From: an uncultured Eubacteriales bacterium
GTDB taxonomy: Bacteria; Bacillota; Clostridia; Oscillospirales; CAG-272
DNA length: 64,000 nt
Reading direction: 5' to 3'
Assembly (NCBI GenBank): GCA_963614875.1
Contig: CAVEFC010000001.1
Span: 99,808 to 163,807, forward strand
The translations under genes were made by a program, and so were the position numbers. Positions 1 to 8,967 of the stretch are shown one piece after another. Within the stretch, counting starts at the first letter, position 1. Each line of letters begins with the position of its first letter. Under the pieces are notes generated by a model. It worked only from the letters and a program-made list of their open reading frames with translations, was not told where the DNA came from and did not search any database.

Positions 1-705
1 GGCTGCGACAGGGACAGCGTCGCCATTATCGAGCGGAAGGGAATAAAAATTGCCTTCGCCCAGATGACCTATTCGACAAACTGCGACGGCGAAAGCGATG
101 TTCCGCGCCTTTCGTTTTCTCTTGCGGAAAAGCTTATAAAAAAGGCAAAACAGCTTGCGGATATCGCCGTCATATGCGTTCATTTCGGCGATGAGTTCGA
201 TTCGGGACGCGCGATGAGCGTTTTTCCCGTAAGCGAAAAGCAGGAAGAATATGCTCGCTTTATGGCGGACTGCGGCGCGGATATAATAATCGGAACGCAT
301 CCGCACGTTATTCAGAGAACCGAATGGATACCGCGCGGCGACGGAGGAAAAACGCTCTGCGTTTATTCTCTCGGAAATTTTCTTTCGAATATGCGCTACG
401 GAGCGCAGATGCTCGGCGGTATGCTGACGGCGGAAATAGTAAAAGCCGACGGCAAGGTTTTCGTGCGGTCGCCGAAAATAATCCCGACCGTATGCCATTT
501 TGACGGCATGCACAAGGGATACAGAATATATCCTCTCTGCGATTATTCGGACAGGCTTTGCGCCGTTCACGGCACGGGCGACGAAAAAAACGAGCGCCGC
601 TTCTGTATGGAAACGCTGATAAATTATTACGAAAGCAATGTCGCGCCGGAATTCCGGTACGACAAATATATAAAGAAAGAAGAAGAAAAATATGATAAAT
701 CTTGA
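1..705 (+). CDS. CapA-family (metallophosphatase-like, poly-gamma-glutamate capsule synthesis type) protein, 5-prime end outside window
   Basis: Frame 1 is open from base 1 (GCDRDSVAIIERKGIKIAFAQM...). The pattern ICVHFGDEF...IIGTHPHVIQ...LGNFLSN is typical of the CapA/YwtB family. Confidence 0.6.
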   Translation, partial: GCDRDSVAIIERKGIKIAFAQMTYSTNCDGESDVPRLSFSLAEKLIKKAKQLADIAVICVHFGDEFDSGRAMSVFPVSEKQEEYARFMADCGADIIIGTHPHVIQRTEWIPRGDGGKTLCVYSLGNFLSNMRYGAQMLGGMLTAEIVKADGKVFVRSPKIIPTVCHFDGMHKGYRIYPLCDYSDRLCAVHGTGDEKNERRFCMETLINYYESNVAPEFRYDKYIKKEEEKYDKS

Positions 706-1738
706 GAAAGAAATACGTCAGCAGCCCGACGTGCTTTCCGATGTCGAAAAAGCGAACCGCGAAAAAATAACGGCTCTCGTGGCGCAAGCCAAAAAGAGAG
801 GAATCAAAAACGTTACGATTGCGGCGCGCGGAACATCGGATCACGCGGCTGTGTACGGACAGTATCTGCTTGCGATAACTGCAGGCATTCCGTGCGGACT
901 CGCAACTCCCTCCGCCGTATCGAAATACGGCGCGGATATCGACTATTCCGACCATCTTGTGATAGGCATTTCGCAGTCCGGAATGGCGGAGGACGTTATC
1001 TGCGTTATGGAAGACGCAAAAAAGCACGGCGCGCTTACGGCTTCCGTAACGAACGATGAAAGCTCTCCCCTTGCAAAAGCGGTCGATTTTTCGCTTTACT
1101 GCAACGCAGGCCCCGAAACAAGCATAGCGGCGACGAAAACCTTTACCTCGCAGCTTTACATAATGGCAATGCTCGCAGCCGAATGGGGAGGCGACGCCGA
1201 ACTTTACGCGGCGCTGAGAAAGCTTCCGGAAATCACATCGGACTTGCTTTGCGATATGCCGGCGGCGCTTGAACCCATAGCAAAAAAATACAAAGACCTT
1301 TCCGTAGCCTCCGTTCTCGGCAGAGGACTTCTCTACCCCATAGCGCTCGAAGGCGCGCTGAAAATTCTCGAAACAAACAAAATAAAAATGCGCGGATATG
1401 CCGTTTCGGACTTCCATCACGGTCCGAAGGCGCAGATAGGAAAAGGCGATCTTGCCATAATTCTTGCCTGCAATGGCAAAACGCTCGACGACGAAAAGGA
1501 AATATGCCGCGAGCTTCTCGCCGTAGGAGGCGATGTGCTTGTGATAACCGACCAAAGCGACGATTTCGGCTCGGCAACCGTTCTGCACGTTCCGACGTCG
1601 GATTACAGATATCCGGACGCTGTCACGGCGTTCTGCTGTGCAATTACGCTCCAGCTTCTTGCGCTGAAGCTCACCGAGGTGCGCGGGATAGATCCCGACG
1701 CTTCCGAGGTGCTTAAAAAAGTTACCGTAACGGTTTAA
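692..1738 (+). CDS. SIS-domain sugar-phosphate isomerase/aminotransferase-like protein (GlmS isomerase-half / FrlB-like)
   Basis: 348 aa with two SIS-type motifs (ARGTSDHAA...GISQSGMAEDV and a second half ending LALKLTEVRGIDPD). Overlaps the upstream stop by 14 nt. Confidence 0.7.
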   Translation: MINLEKEIRQQPDVLSDVEKANREKITALVAQAKKRGIKNVTIAARGTSDHAAVYGQYLLAITAGIPCGLATPSAVSKYGADIDYSDHLVIGISQSGMAEDVICVMEDAKKHGALTASVTNDESSPLAKAVDFSLYCNAGPETSIAATKTFTSQLYIMAMLAAEWGGDAELYAALRKLPEITSDLLCDMPAALEPIAKKYKDLSVASVLGRGLLYPIALEGALKILETNKIKMRGYAVSDFHHGPKAQIGKGDLAIILACNGKTLDDEKEICRELLAVGGDVLVITDQSDDFGSATVLHVPTSDYRYPDAVTAFCCAITLQLLALKLTEVRGIDPDASEVLKKVTVTV

Positions 1739-1765
1739 TTTATAACCAAAAGGAGATATAAAAAA

Positions 1766-3061
1766 ATGAACTTTTCAATGCTTCATCCCGCCGATCAAAT
1801 CGTTATGATCATGAACCGCCTTTATTACTACGGCATGACGACGACCACCGGCGGAAACCTTTCAATCATGGATTCGGACGGCGTGGTATGGATCAGCCCC
1901 TCGGGTATCGACAAGGGGAACCTTCGCCGCGAGGATATCATGCAGATCCGTCCGGACGGCACGATAATCGGTATTCATCGCCCGTCGGTCGAATATCCCT
2001 TCCACCTTGCGATCTACAAAAAGCGCCCCGACCTCAAAGCCGTGCTTCACGCGCATCCGCCGGCACTCGTTGCGTTCAGCATCGCAAGAGAAATTCCCGA
2101 TACGTCGATCATTCCCGACGCGCGCTTCCTCTGCGGCAACATCACAATGGCGCCCTATGCGCTTCCCGGCAGCAGCAAGCTCGGCGACAATATCTCGGCG
2201 GAATTTGAAAAAGGCATCAACACCGTAATGCTTGAAAATCACGGCGTTGTTATCGGCGCTCACGACCTTTTCTCAGCGTTTATGAACTTTGAAACGCTTG
2301 ACTACTGCGCAAGAGTTCAGATAAACGCCTCGACTCTCGGCGGCGAGATTCATTCGCTTTCCGAAAGACATATGAATCTTTACAAGATGAAAACTCAGCC
2401 CATACTCGATACCTTCAAGCCTACGGAGCATTCGAGCGAGGAGCTTCAGATCCGCCGCGATATGTGCGATCTTATTCACCGCGCATACGGCAATCAGCTT
2501 TTCACAAGCGGTCAGGGAACGTTCTCCTGCAAGCTTTCCGACGGTTCGATAATTATCACTCCTTATTCGAAGGACAGAAAATATCTTGAACCCGAGGATC
2601 TCGTCCTCATAAACAAGGACGGACAGTGCGAAGCCGGAAAAACTCCTTCACGCTCCATACTTCTCCACGAAAAAATCTACGCAAACGATCCCGCCATAAA
2701 AACGGTAATTATGGCTCATCCGCCGTTTATAATGGGCTTTGCCGTAACCGACGCCGAATTTGACGCGCGTCTGATTCCGGAAAGCTATATCGCACTCAAA
2801 ACGGTACGCAAATATCCTTTCGGCTCTTCCTTTATGCAGCCCGACCTGCTTGCAAAGGAAATTTCGATAAAGAACCCCGTGGTTATAATCGAAAACGATT
2901 GTATCATCGCCGCGGGAACTTCGCTTCTCAACGCATTCGATCGCCTTGAGGTAATGGAATACAGCGCAAAATCGCTCGTTGAGGTTGCCGCCATCGGAGG
3001 CAGGATCGTAAAGATCAGCGACGACGAGGTAAAAGAAATAGAAGTTGCATTCAATCTTTAA
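1766..3061 (+). CDS. Class II aldolase/adducin-family protein with duplicated domain
   Basis: 431 aa. N-half has GGNLSIM...HAHPPALVAFS and C-half has GQGTFSC...MAHPPFIMGFA, i.e. two tandem class II aldolase folds. An SD (aaaggag) lies upstream. Confidence 0.7.
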   Translation: MNFSMLHPADQIVMIMNRLYYYGMTTTTGGNLSIMDSDGVVWISPSGIDKGNLRREDIMQIRPDGTIIGIHRPSVEYPFHLAIYKKRPDLKAVLHAHPPALVAFSIAREIPDTSIIPDARFLCGNITMAPYALPGSSKLGDNISAEFEKGINTVMLENHGVVIGAHDLFSAFMNFETLDYCARVQINASTLGGEIHSLSERHMNLYKMKTQPILDTFKPTEHSSEELQIRRDMCDLIHRAYGNQLFTSGQGTFSCKLSDGSIIITPYSKDRKYLEPEDLVLINKDGQCEAGKTPSRSILLHEKIYANDPAIKTVIMAHPPFIMGFAVTDAEFDARLIPESYIALKTVRKYPFGSSFMQPDLLAKEISIKNPVVIIENDCIIAAGTSLLNAFDRLEVMEYSAKSLVEVAAIGGRIVKISDDEVKEIEVAFNL

Positions 3062-3096
3062 TAAACGTCAAGGATAATCACGGAGGGAACAGAACA

Positions 3097-4215
3097 ATGA
3101 AGGAATATTTCGGAGAGCTCAGCGTCATAGGAATGAAGGGCTGTGATAATTTTGTCCGTCGCGTGGACGAATATCTCTGCCAATGGCGCAAAAACGAGAA
3201 AAAAACGTATCTTGTGGAGGTTGACTGTCCGCGCTTCGGTACAGGTGAAGCAAAGGGTATAATCAATGCTTCGCTCAGAGGACACGACACTTTCATATAC
3301 GTAGATCCGTTCAACTACGGCGTGACGTACAATATGTACGGAATGGAGGTGCCGATGAGTCCTGACGATCATTTTCAGGATCTCAAGCGCATAATCTGCG
3401 CCAACGAAAAAAAGTCGCGCAGGGTATCGGTAATAATGCCGATGCTTTACGAGGGCAGACAGCACAAAAGAAACGCGCGCGAATCGCTCGACTGCGCCAT
3501 GGCGCTTCAGGAGCTTGTGAATATGGGCGTTTCAAACATACTCACCTTTGACGCCCACGATCCGCGCGTTCAGAACGCCATTCCCAACAACGGCTTTGAC
3601 AATGTAAGGACAACCTATCAGATGCTCAAGGCACTTGTCCGCGAGTTCCCCGATATAACCTTCGATCCCAAACAGCTGATGATAATCTCCCCCGACGAGG
3701 GCGCTATGGGACGCGGTATGTACTGCTCCTCGGTGCTCGGTCTTGAGCTCGGAATGTTTTACAAGCGCCGCAATTACACCGTGGTCATCAACGGCAAAAA
3801 CCCGATAGAAGCTCACGAATATCTCGGAAACAGCATCGAGGGGCGCGATGTAATAATCATAGACGATATGATTTCCTCCGGCGACTCCGCGATAGACGTT
3901 GCAAGAGAGCTTAAAAATCGCGGCGCAAGAAGAATATTTATGTTCGCCACCTTCGGACTTTTCTGCAACGGCTGCGATAATCTTGACCGCGCATATGAAG
4001 AAGGTATAATAACAAGAATCTTCACGACCAATCTCAACTATCGCACGCAGGATATTATCGACCGTCCGTGGTACACGGAGGTAAGCCTTTGCAAATATGT
4101 CGCTTATCTTATCGACACGATAAACAAGGACGAAACCATAAGCGACCTTCTCAACCCCGTTACAAGAATACATAACCTTGTTGACAGAGTAAGAGCAAAC
4201 GCCGCAAATCAGTAA
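3097..4215 (+). CDS. Ribose-phosphate pyrophosphokinase (PRPP synthetase) family protein, long form
   Basis: 372 aa. Prs-like N-terminal domain, FDAHDPRVQN, and the PRPP-binding loop VIIIDDMISSGDS. Confidence 0.7.
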   Translation: MKEYFGELSVIGMKGCDNFVRRVDEYLCQWRKNEKKTYLVEVDCPRFGTGEAKGIINASLRGHDTFIYVDPFNYGVTYNMYGMEVPMSPDDHFQDLKRIICANEKKSRRVSVIMPMLYEGRQHKRNARESLDCAMALQELVNMGVSNILTFDAHDPRVQNAIPNNGFDNVRTTYQMLKALVREFPDITFDPKQLMIISPDEGAMGRGMYCSSVLGLELGMFYKRRNYTVVINGKNPIEAHEYLGNSIEGRDVIIIDDMISSGDSAIDVARELKNRGARRIFMFATFGLFCNGCDNLDRAYEEGIITRIFTTNLNYRTQDIIDRPWYTEVSLCKYVAYLIDTINKDETISDLLNPVTRIHNLVDRVRANAANQ

Positions 4216-4272
4216 ATTTTTACGTCGGAGCATTTCCTTGCCCCGACAAAAACAATTGCGAGGTGTTTATTT

Positions 4273-5328
4273 ATGAAAAATTATCTTCTTCCGCCGGACG
4301 GAAGCTTCTTCAAAGCCAATATGCATTGCCACAGCGTTCTTTCCGACGGCAAATACACGGTAGAACAGTTGAAGGAGCTTTACAAAAACGCGGGATATTC
4401 CGTTGTTGCGTTTACGGATCACAACGTTCTTATCGACCATTCCGATCTTGCGGACGAAAGCTTTATGCCCATAACGGGCTATGAATACGACGTCTTTGCC
4501 GAACGCGGCGAGCGCTCGTACAGTCATACTCCGCTCGTACATATCTGCTTTTACGCAAAAGATCAGCATAATGACGTCATTCCCTGCTACAATCCGAGTC
4601 AGATATCGAATTCCCATGCCGATCTGCGCGAAAAGCAAAAATATTCCGGCACGCCGGACTACGTCCGCGATTACAAAAAGATAAACGAAACGATAGCCAA
4701 AACCTGCTCCGAGGGCTTTCTTGCAAGCCTGTGTCACCCGACATGGTCGGAACAGGATCTTGACGAATACAGAAATATCGAAGGCGTTTTCGCTATGGAG
4801 ATATTCAACTACGGCTGCTGGACGGAGGGCTACAACGAAATAAACGACCACGCATACGACGATCTTCTCCGCAGAGGAAAAAAGCTGTACTGCATAGCCT
4901 CCGACGACAATCACAACAATTTTCCGGCAGACGATCCGAAGTTCGATTCTCTCGGCGGATTTATAATGATAAAAGCGCCGAAGCTTGAATATTCCGCGAT
5001 TATGAAAGCGCTCGAAAACGGCGATTTCTATGCGTCGTCCGGCCCCGAAATCTACGAAATGTGGACGGAGGGCGAGGAGCTTCACATAAAAACGTCGCCC
5101 GCGGCAAGAATAGCCCTCACAACCTTCGGCAGACGGGCGTCTGTCTGTACTGGCAACAAAAAGGGCGAGCTTATCACCGAAGCCGTGCTGAAATGCTCCG
5201 GACTTTATGATCGCTATTGCCGCGTAACCGTTGACGACGGAAAAGGTCACTTTGCGTGGACGCGGGCTTATTTTGACTGCTGTAAGATGGAAAACGGTCG
5301 TTATGACGACGCTCCTTTCCGGAAATAA
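4273..5328 (+). CDS. PHP-domain metal-dependent phosphoesterase
   Basis: N-terminal MHCHSVLSDGKYT...VAFTDHN is the PHP histidinol-phosphatase-type metal motif. 351 aa. Confidence 0.65.
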   Translation: MKNYLLPPDGSFFKANMHCHSVLSDGKYTVEQLKELYKNAGYSVVAFTDHNVLIDHSDLADESFMPITGYEYDVFAERGERSYSHTPLVHICFYAKDQHNDVIPCYNPSQISNSHADLREKQKYSGTPDYVRDYKKINETIAKTCSEGFLASLCHPTWSEQDLDEYRNIEGVFAMEIFNYGCWTEGYNEINDHAYDDLLRRGKKLYCIASDDNHNNFPADDPKFDSLGGFIMIKAPKLEYSAIMKALENGDFYASSGPEIYEMWTEGEELHIKTSPAARIALTTFGRRASVCTGNKKGELITEAVLKCSGLYDRYCRVTVDDGKGHFAWTRAYFDCCKMENGRYDDAPFRK

Positions 5329-5371
5329 ACCTTTCTTTCAAAAAATTCTTTATATATTTTTCAAAAAAAGA

Positions 5372-5400
5372 TTGACTTGCAGCAGTTTTGAGTGTATAAT
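5372..5400 (+). promoter_or_regulatory. Sigma-A type promoter of the aromatic operon leader
   Basis: TTGACT (5372-5377), 17-nt spacer, TATAAT (5395-5400) preceded by a TG (extended -10). Confidence 0.6.
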
Positions 5401-5443
5401 ACAGGAAAAATTCAAACAAATGCTGCAAGGAGGATATCGTAAT

Positions 5444-5512
5444 ATGACACGCTTTTATTTTGCTATGCGATTTAATTATTATTATTTTACGACGTCCGCC
5501 CGTGAGCAATGA
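5444..5512 (+). CDS. Leader peptide MTRFYFAMRFNYYYFTTSAREQ (22 aa, 8 Phe/Tyr)
   Basis: AAGGAGG SD 8 nt upstream of the ATG. There are 4 Phe and 4 Tyr codons in 22. The stop codon abuts the first segment of a set of alternative hairpins upstream of the Phe/Tyr biosynthesis operon. Confidence 0.65.
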   Translation: MTRFYFAMRFNYYYFTTSAREQ

Positions 5513-5647
5513 TAAAGCCGCATAGCTTTGTATTTTTTGAATAAATACTTTGAAATGCCGCAAAGCTCACAGGATTGTGCTTTGCGGTATTTTTGCTTTT
5601 TACCGCAGGCATCGCTTTTGTGATATGCTTTGCGGTATTTTTCTTTT
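5513..5647 (+). promoter_or_regulatory. Transcription attenuator with alternative pairings and two tandem intrinsic terminators
   Basis: Segments are CCGCATAGC (5518-5526), CCGCAAAGC (5558-5566), GCTTTGCGG+T-run (5579-5601), ACCGCAGGCAT (5602-5612) and ATGCTTTGCGGT+T-run (5625-5647). Segment 1 can replace segment 2 in pairing with segment 3. Confidence 0.6.
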
Positions 5648-5665
5648 GTGAAAGGAAGTGCAGAT

Positions 5666-6853
5666 ATGTTACCGCAAAAAATGATTGAGCTCGGAAGTCA
5701 CAGCTCCGTTATAAGACAGCTTTTCGAGTACGGTAAAAAAAGAAAAAGCGAAATAGGAAGTGAAAACGTTTTCGATTTCAGCATAGGAAATCCGAGCGTT
5801 CCCGTGCCGAAAGCGGTGGACGACGCGCTCGTGTCGCTGATCGAAAGCGACGCGGATATTCACTGCTACACGTCGGCTGCCGGCGATATGTCGGCGAGAG
5901 CCGCGGTAGCCTCTTATCTCAACAAAACGTACGGCGCAAACGAAAAAGCCGAAAGAATATATCTTACCTCGGGCGCTGCCGCCGCGCTTGCGATATCGCT
6001 CGGCGCGCTTATATGCGACGGCGACGAGGTCATAGTTTTTGCGCCGTTCTTCCCCGAATACCGCGTGTTTGCCGAAAAAGCCGGCGCAAAGGTTATCGTC
6101 TGCCCGCCTTCCGCGGATTTTCAGATAGATTTTGAAGCGCTTGAAGCGCTTGTTTCGGAAAAAACAAAGGCGCTCATAATAAACTCTCCGTCAAACCCGT
6201 CGGGCGCGGTGCTTACGGAAGAAACGCTTTCAAGGCTCGGAGGGCTCCTCGATGAAAAATCGAAAAGCTACGGTCATCCGATATATGTAATATCCGACGA
6301 GCCCTACCGCGAGCTTGTTTACGACGGCAAAAAAACGCCGTACACGGCAAAATTCATAAAGAACACGATAAGCTGCTATTCGTTCAGCAAATCGCTTTCG
6401 CTTCCCGGCGAAAGAATAGGCTATATATGCGTATGCTCAGAATGTGCCGACGGCGACGGGCTTTTCCTCGGCGTGTGCGGCGCGGGACGCGCGCTCGGAT
6501 ACGTCTGCGCTCCGTCGCTTTTCCAGAAGATGATCCCGTCGATAATGGGAAAAACCTCCGACCTTTCGGCGTATAAAACAAACCGCAGGCTGCTTTACGA
6601 CGGTCTTACCTCGCTCGGCTTTGAAGCCGTGTACCCCGACGGCGCTTTTTATCTCTTTGTGAAATCGCCGGAGGAAGACGAGCTTAAATTCTGCGAAAAA
6701 GCCAAAAAGTATGAGCTTCTGCTCGTGCCTTCGGGCGATTTCGGTATCGGAGGATATGTAAGAATAGCCTACTGCGTATCGGAAAATGTGATAAAAGACT
6801 CTATGCCCGCGTTTGAAAAGCTGGCAAAGGAATACGGACTTTCAAAAAGGTAA
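5666..6853 (+). CDS. PLP-dependent class I aminotransferase (aspartate/aromatic aminotransferase type)
   Basis: SD aaaggaag upstream of ATG 5666 (the track start at 5630 is TTG inside the terminator). Contains NPSNPSG and the PLP-lysine motif SFSKSLSLPGERIGY. Confidence 0.8.
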   Translation: MLPQKMIELGSHSSVIRQLFEYGKKRKSEIGSENVFDFSIGNPSVPVPKAVDDALVSLIESDADIHCYTSAAGDMSARAAVASYLNKTYGANEKAERIYLTSGAAAALAISLGALICDGDEVIVFAPFFPEYRVFAEKAGAKVIVCPPSADFQIDFEALEALVSEKTKALIINSPSNPSGAVLTEETLSRLGGLLDEKSKSYGHPIYVISDEPYRELVYDGKKTPYTAKFIKNTISCYSFSKSLSLPGERIGYICVCSECADGDGLFLGVCGAGRALGYVCAPSLFQKMIPSIMGKTSDLSAYKTNRRLLYDGLTSLGFEAVYPDGAFYLFVKSPEEDELKFCEKAKKYELLLVPSGDFGIGGYVRIAYCVSENVIKDSMPAFEKLAKEYGLSKR

Positions 6854-6859
6854 ATTTTT

Positions 6860-7939
6860 ATGGAAAACAAACTTATTCAGGCACGGAACAGAATATCGGA
6901 AATAGACGTCAAAATGGCGGAGCTTTTCGAGGAGCGTATGCGCGCGTCGGAGGACGTTGCCGAATACAAGCGCAGATGCGGACTTCCGATAGAAGATCCG
7001 CAAAGAGAAGCGGAGCTTATCCGCAGGAATTCGCTTTATGTATCGCAGGAGCTCCGCCCGTATTACACAAGCTTTCAGCAGGACGTTATGAAGGCTTCGA
7101 AGGCCTATCAGCGCAGACTCATCAGCGGAGAAAAAATCGCCTATTGCGGCGAGGAGGGCGCGTTTGCGTTCTTCACGGCAAAAAAGCTGTTTCCGGACGG
7201 AATTCCCGTCGCAAAAAACAGCTTTGAAGAAGCGTATGCATCTGTTATGAGCGGCGAATGTGAGCTTGCCGTGATTCCCCTTGAAAACAGCTATGCGGGA
7301 GAGGTCGGTCAGGTAACGGATATGCTGTTTTCCGGACCGCTGTTTATAAACGCCGTGTACGATATAGCCGTCGAGCAGACGCTTATGGGCGTCAGAGGCG
7401 GGACAATATCGGACATAAAAAAGGTGATAAGTCATCCTCAGGCGCTGGCGCAGTGCGCAAAGTTCATTTCATCGCACGGCTGGGAAACGGAAACTGCGCA
7501 AAGCACTTCGTCCGCCGCGCTTGAAGTATCAAAAAAGGGCGATAAAAGTCTTGCCGCGATAGGCTGCGCTCAGGCAGCCGAGCTTTATTCGCTTTCCGTT
7601 CTCGAAAAGAACATAAACGAAAGCAGAGCGAACACCACGCGCTTCGGGGTTTTCTCGGGATCGGAAAACACCTCCGCCGGCAGACTGGAATCGGACGGCT
7701 TTGCGCTTGTGTTTACGGTAAAAAACGAAGCCGGCGCGCTTGCCGACGCGCTCGGCGTCGTCGGAAAGGCGGGCTTCAATATGAGAACGCTCCGCTCAAG
7801 ACCGCGAAAGGAGCTTGTCTGGAATTATTATTTCTATCTTGAAGCCGAAGGCGCGCTTCGCAGCGAAGCCGGAGAGAAAATGCTTTCAGAGCTTCGCATG
7901 TATTGCGACAGGCTCAAGGTAGTTGGAATATACAGATAA
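6860..7939 (+). CDS. pheA: Bifunctional chorismate mutase / prephenate dehydratase
   Basis: N-terminal chorismate mutase helix (ISEIDVKMAELFEERM), PDT domain (IAYCGEEGAFAF...PLENSYAGEV...THPQAL-like ISHPQALAQC), and C-terminal ACT domain. Confidence 0.85.
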   Translation: MENKLIQARNRISEIDVKMAELFEERMRASEDVAEYKRRCGLPIEDPQREAELIRRNSLYVSQELRPYYTSFQQDVMKASKAYQRRLISGEKIAYCGEEGAFAFFTAKKLFPDGIPVAKNSFEEAYASVMSGECELAVIPLENSYAGEVGQVTDMLFSGPLFINAVYDIAVEQTLMGVRGGTISDIKKVISHPQALAQCAKFISSHGWETETAQSTSSAALEVSKKGDKSLAAIGCAQAAELYSLSVLEKNINESRANTTRFGVFSGSENTSAGRLESDGFALVFTVKNEAGALADALGVVGKAGFNMRTLRSRPRKELVWNYYFYLEAEGALRSEAGEKMLSELRMYCDRLKVVGIYR

Positions 7940-7951
7940 AACGGAGGAAAT

Positions 7952-8953
7952 ATGACCGTAAAAGTTGAACTCGGAGAAAGATCCTACGATATAACAATAG
8001 AAAAAGGCGCACTTTCCCACGTGGAAAAATACATTTCGCCAAAAGGAAAAACGCTTATCGTCACGGACGACGGCGTGCCCTTTGAATATGTACGGTCTGT
8101 GGCGGAAAAATCCGAGCAGCCGACAGTAATAACCATTCCGCACGGAGAAGAAAGCAAATGCTTTGAAAATTACAGAATGCTGTGCTCCGCAATGCTGAAG
8201 GCTGGCTTTACGCGCAACGATAAAGTCGTAGCCGTCGGCGGAGGAGTCGTCGGGGATCTTGCCGGATTTGCGGCGTCCACCTATATGCGCGGAATAGATT
8301 TTTACAACATTCCGACAACGCTGCTTTCTCAGGTCGATTCGTCCGTCGGAGGAAAAACGGCGATAGATCTCGACGGAATAAAAAACATTGTGGGAACGTT
8401 TTATCAGCCGAAAGCCGTCATAATAGATCCGGACACGCTGAAAACCCTTGACCGCCGTCAGTTTGCGTCGGGTATGGCGGAGGCGCTGAAAATGGCGGCT
8501 ACATCGGACAAAGCCCTGTTTGAGCTTATAGAATCGGGCATAAACGGAGAAAACATAGGCGAGGTGATACGTCGGGCGCTGATTATAAAGGCGGACGTCG
8601 TTTCAAAGGACGAAAAAGAGGCGGGGCTTCGCCGTATACTTAACTTCGGGCATACGCTCGGACACGGAATAGAAAGCCTCGGCGGACTTTATCACGGCGA
8701 ATGTGTGGCGCTCGGAATGCTGTGTATGTGTTCCGAAAAGGTTTATCCGCGTCTTTTCGCCGCAATAAGCTCGCTCGGACTGAAAACAAAAATCCACGCG
8801 GACGCGGACGCGGTACTCAGCGCGGTTTCACACGACAAAAAAAGACAGGACGACACCGTGTGTGCTGTCTTTGTAAACGAAATAGGCACATATGAAATCA
8901 AAAAAGTCACGGCAAAAGACCTCAGACAAAGACTTTCAAAAGTGATATATTAA
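7952..8953 (+). CDS. aroB: 3-dehydroquinate synthase
   Basis: GGGVVGDLAGFAASTYMRGIDFYNIPTTLLSQVDSSVGGKT and the LNFGHTLGH motifs. Confidence 0.9.
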   Translation: MTVKVELGERSYDITIEKGALSHVEKYISPKGKTLIVTDDGVPFEYVRSVAEKSEQPTVITIPHGEESKCFENYRMLCSAMLKAGFTRNDKVVAVGGGVVGDLAGFAASTYMRGIDFYNIPTTLLSQVDSSVGGKTAIDLDGIKNIVGTFYQPKAVIIDPDTLKTLDRRQFASGMAEALKMAATSDKALFELIESGINGENIGEVIRRALIIKADVVSKDEKEAGLRRILNFGHTLGHGIESLGGLYHGECVALGMLCMCSEKVYPRLFAAISSLGLKTKIHADADAVLSAVSHDKKRQDDTVCAVFVNEIGTYEIKKVTAKDLRQRLSKVIY

Positions 8954-8967
8954 CAGGAGTTTTATTT

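Noticed and set aside
308-1588. 426-aa minus-strand ORF antisense to the SIS gene
   Set aside because: It has an R/F/C/K-rich, low-information composition and no SD. It is fully antisense to a gene with clear family motifs. This is the typical shadow ORF seen in this GC- and codon-biased genome.
5401-5665. T-box or other riboswitch upstream of the aromatic operon
   Set aside because: I found no T-box sequence (AANNNGGGTGGTACCGCG-like), AG bulge or GNUGGNA features by eye. An SD-led F/Y-rich mini-ORF explains the region better. This still needs a covariance-model scan.
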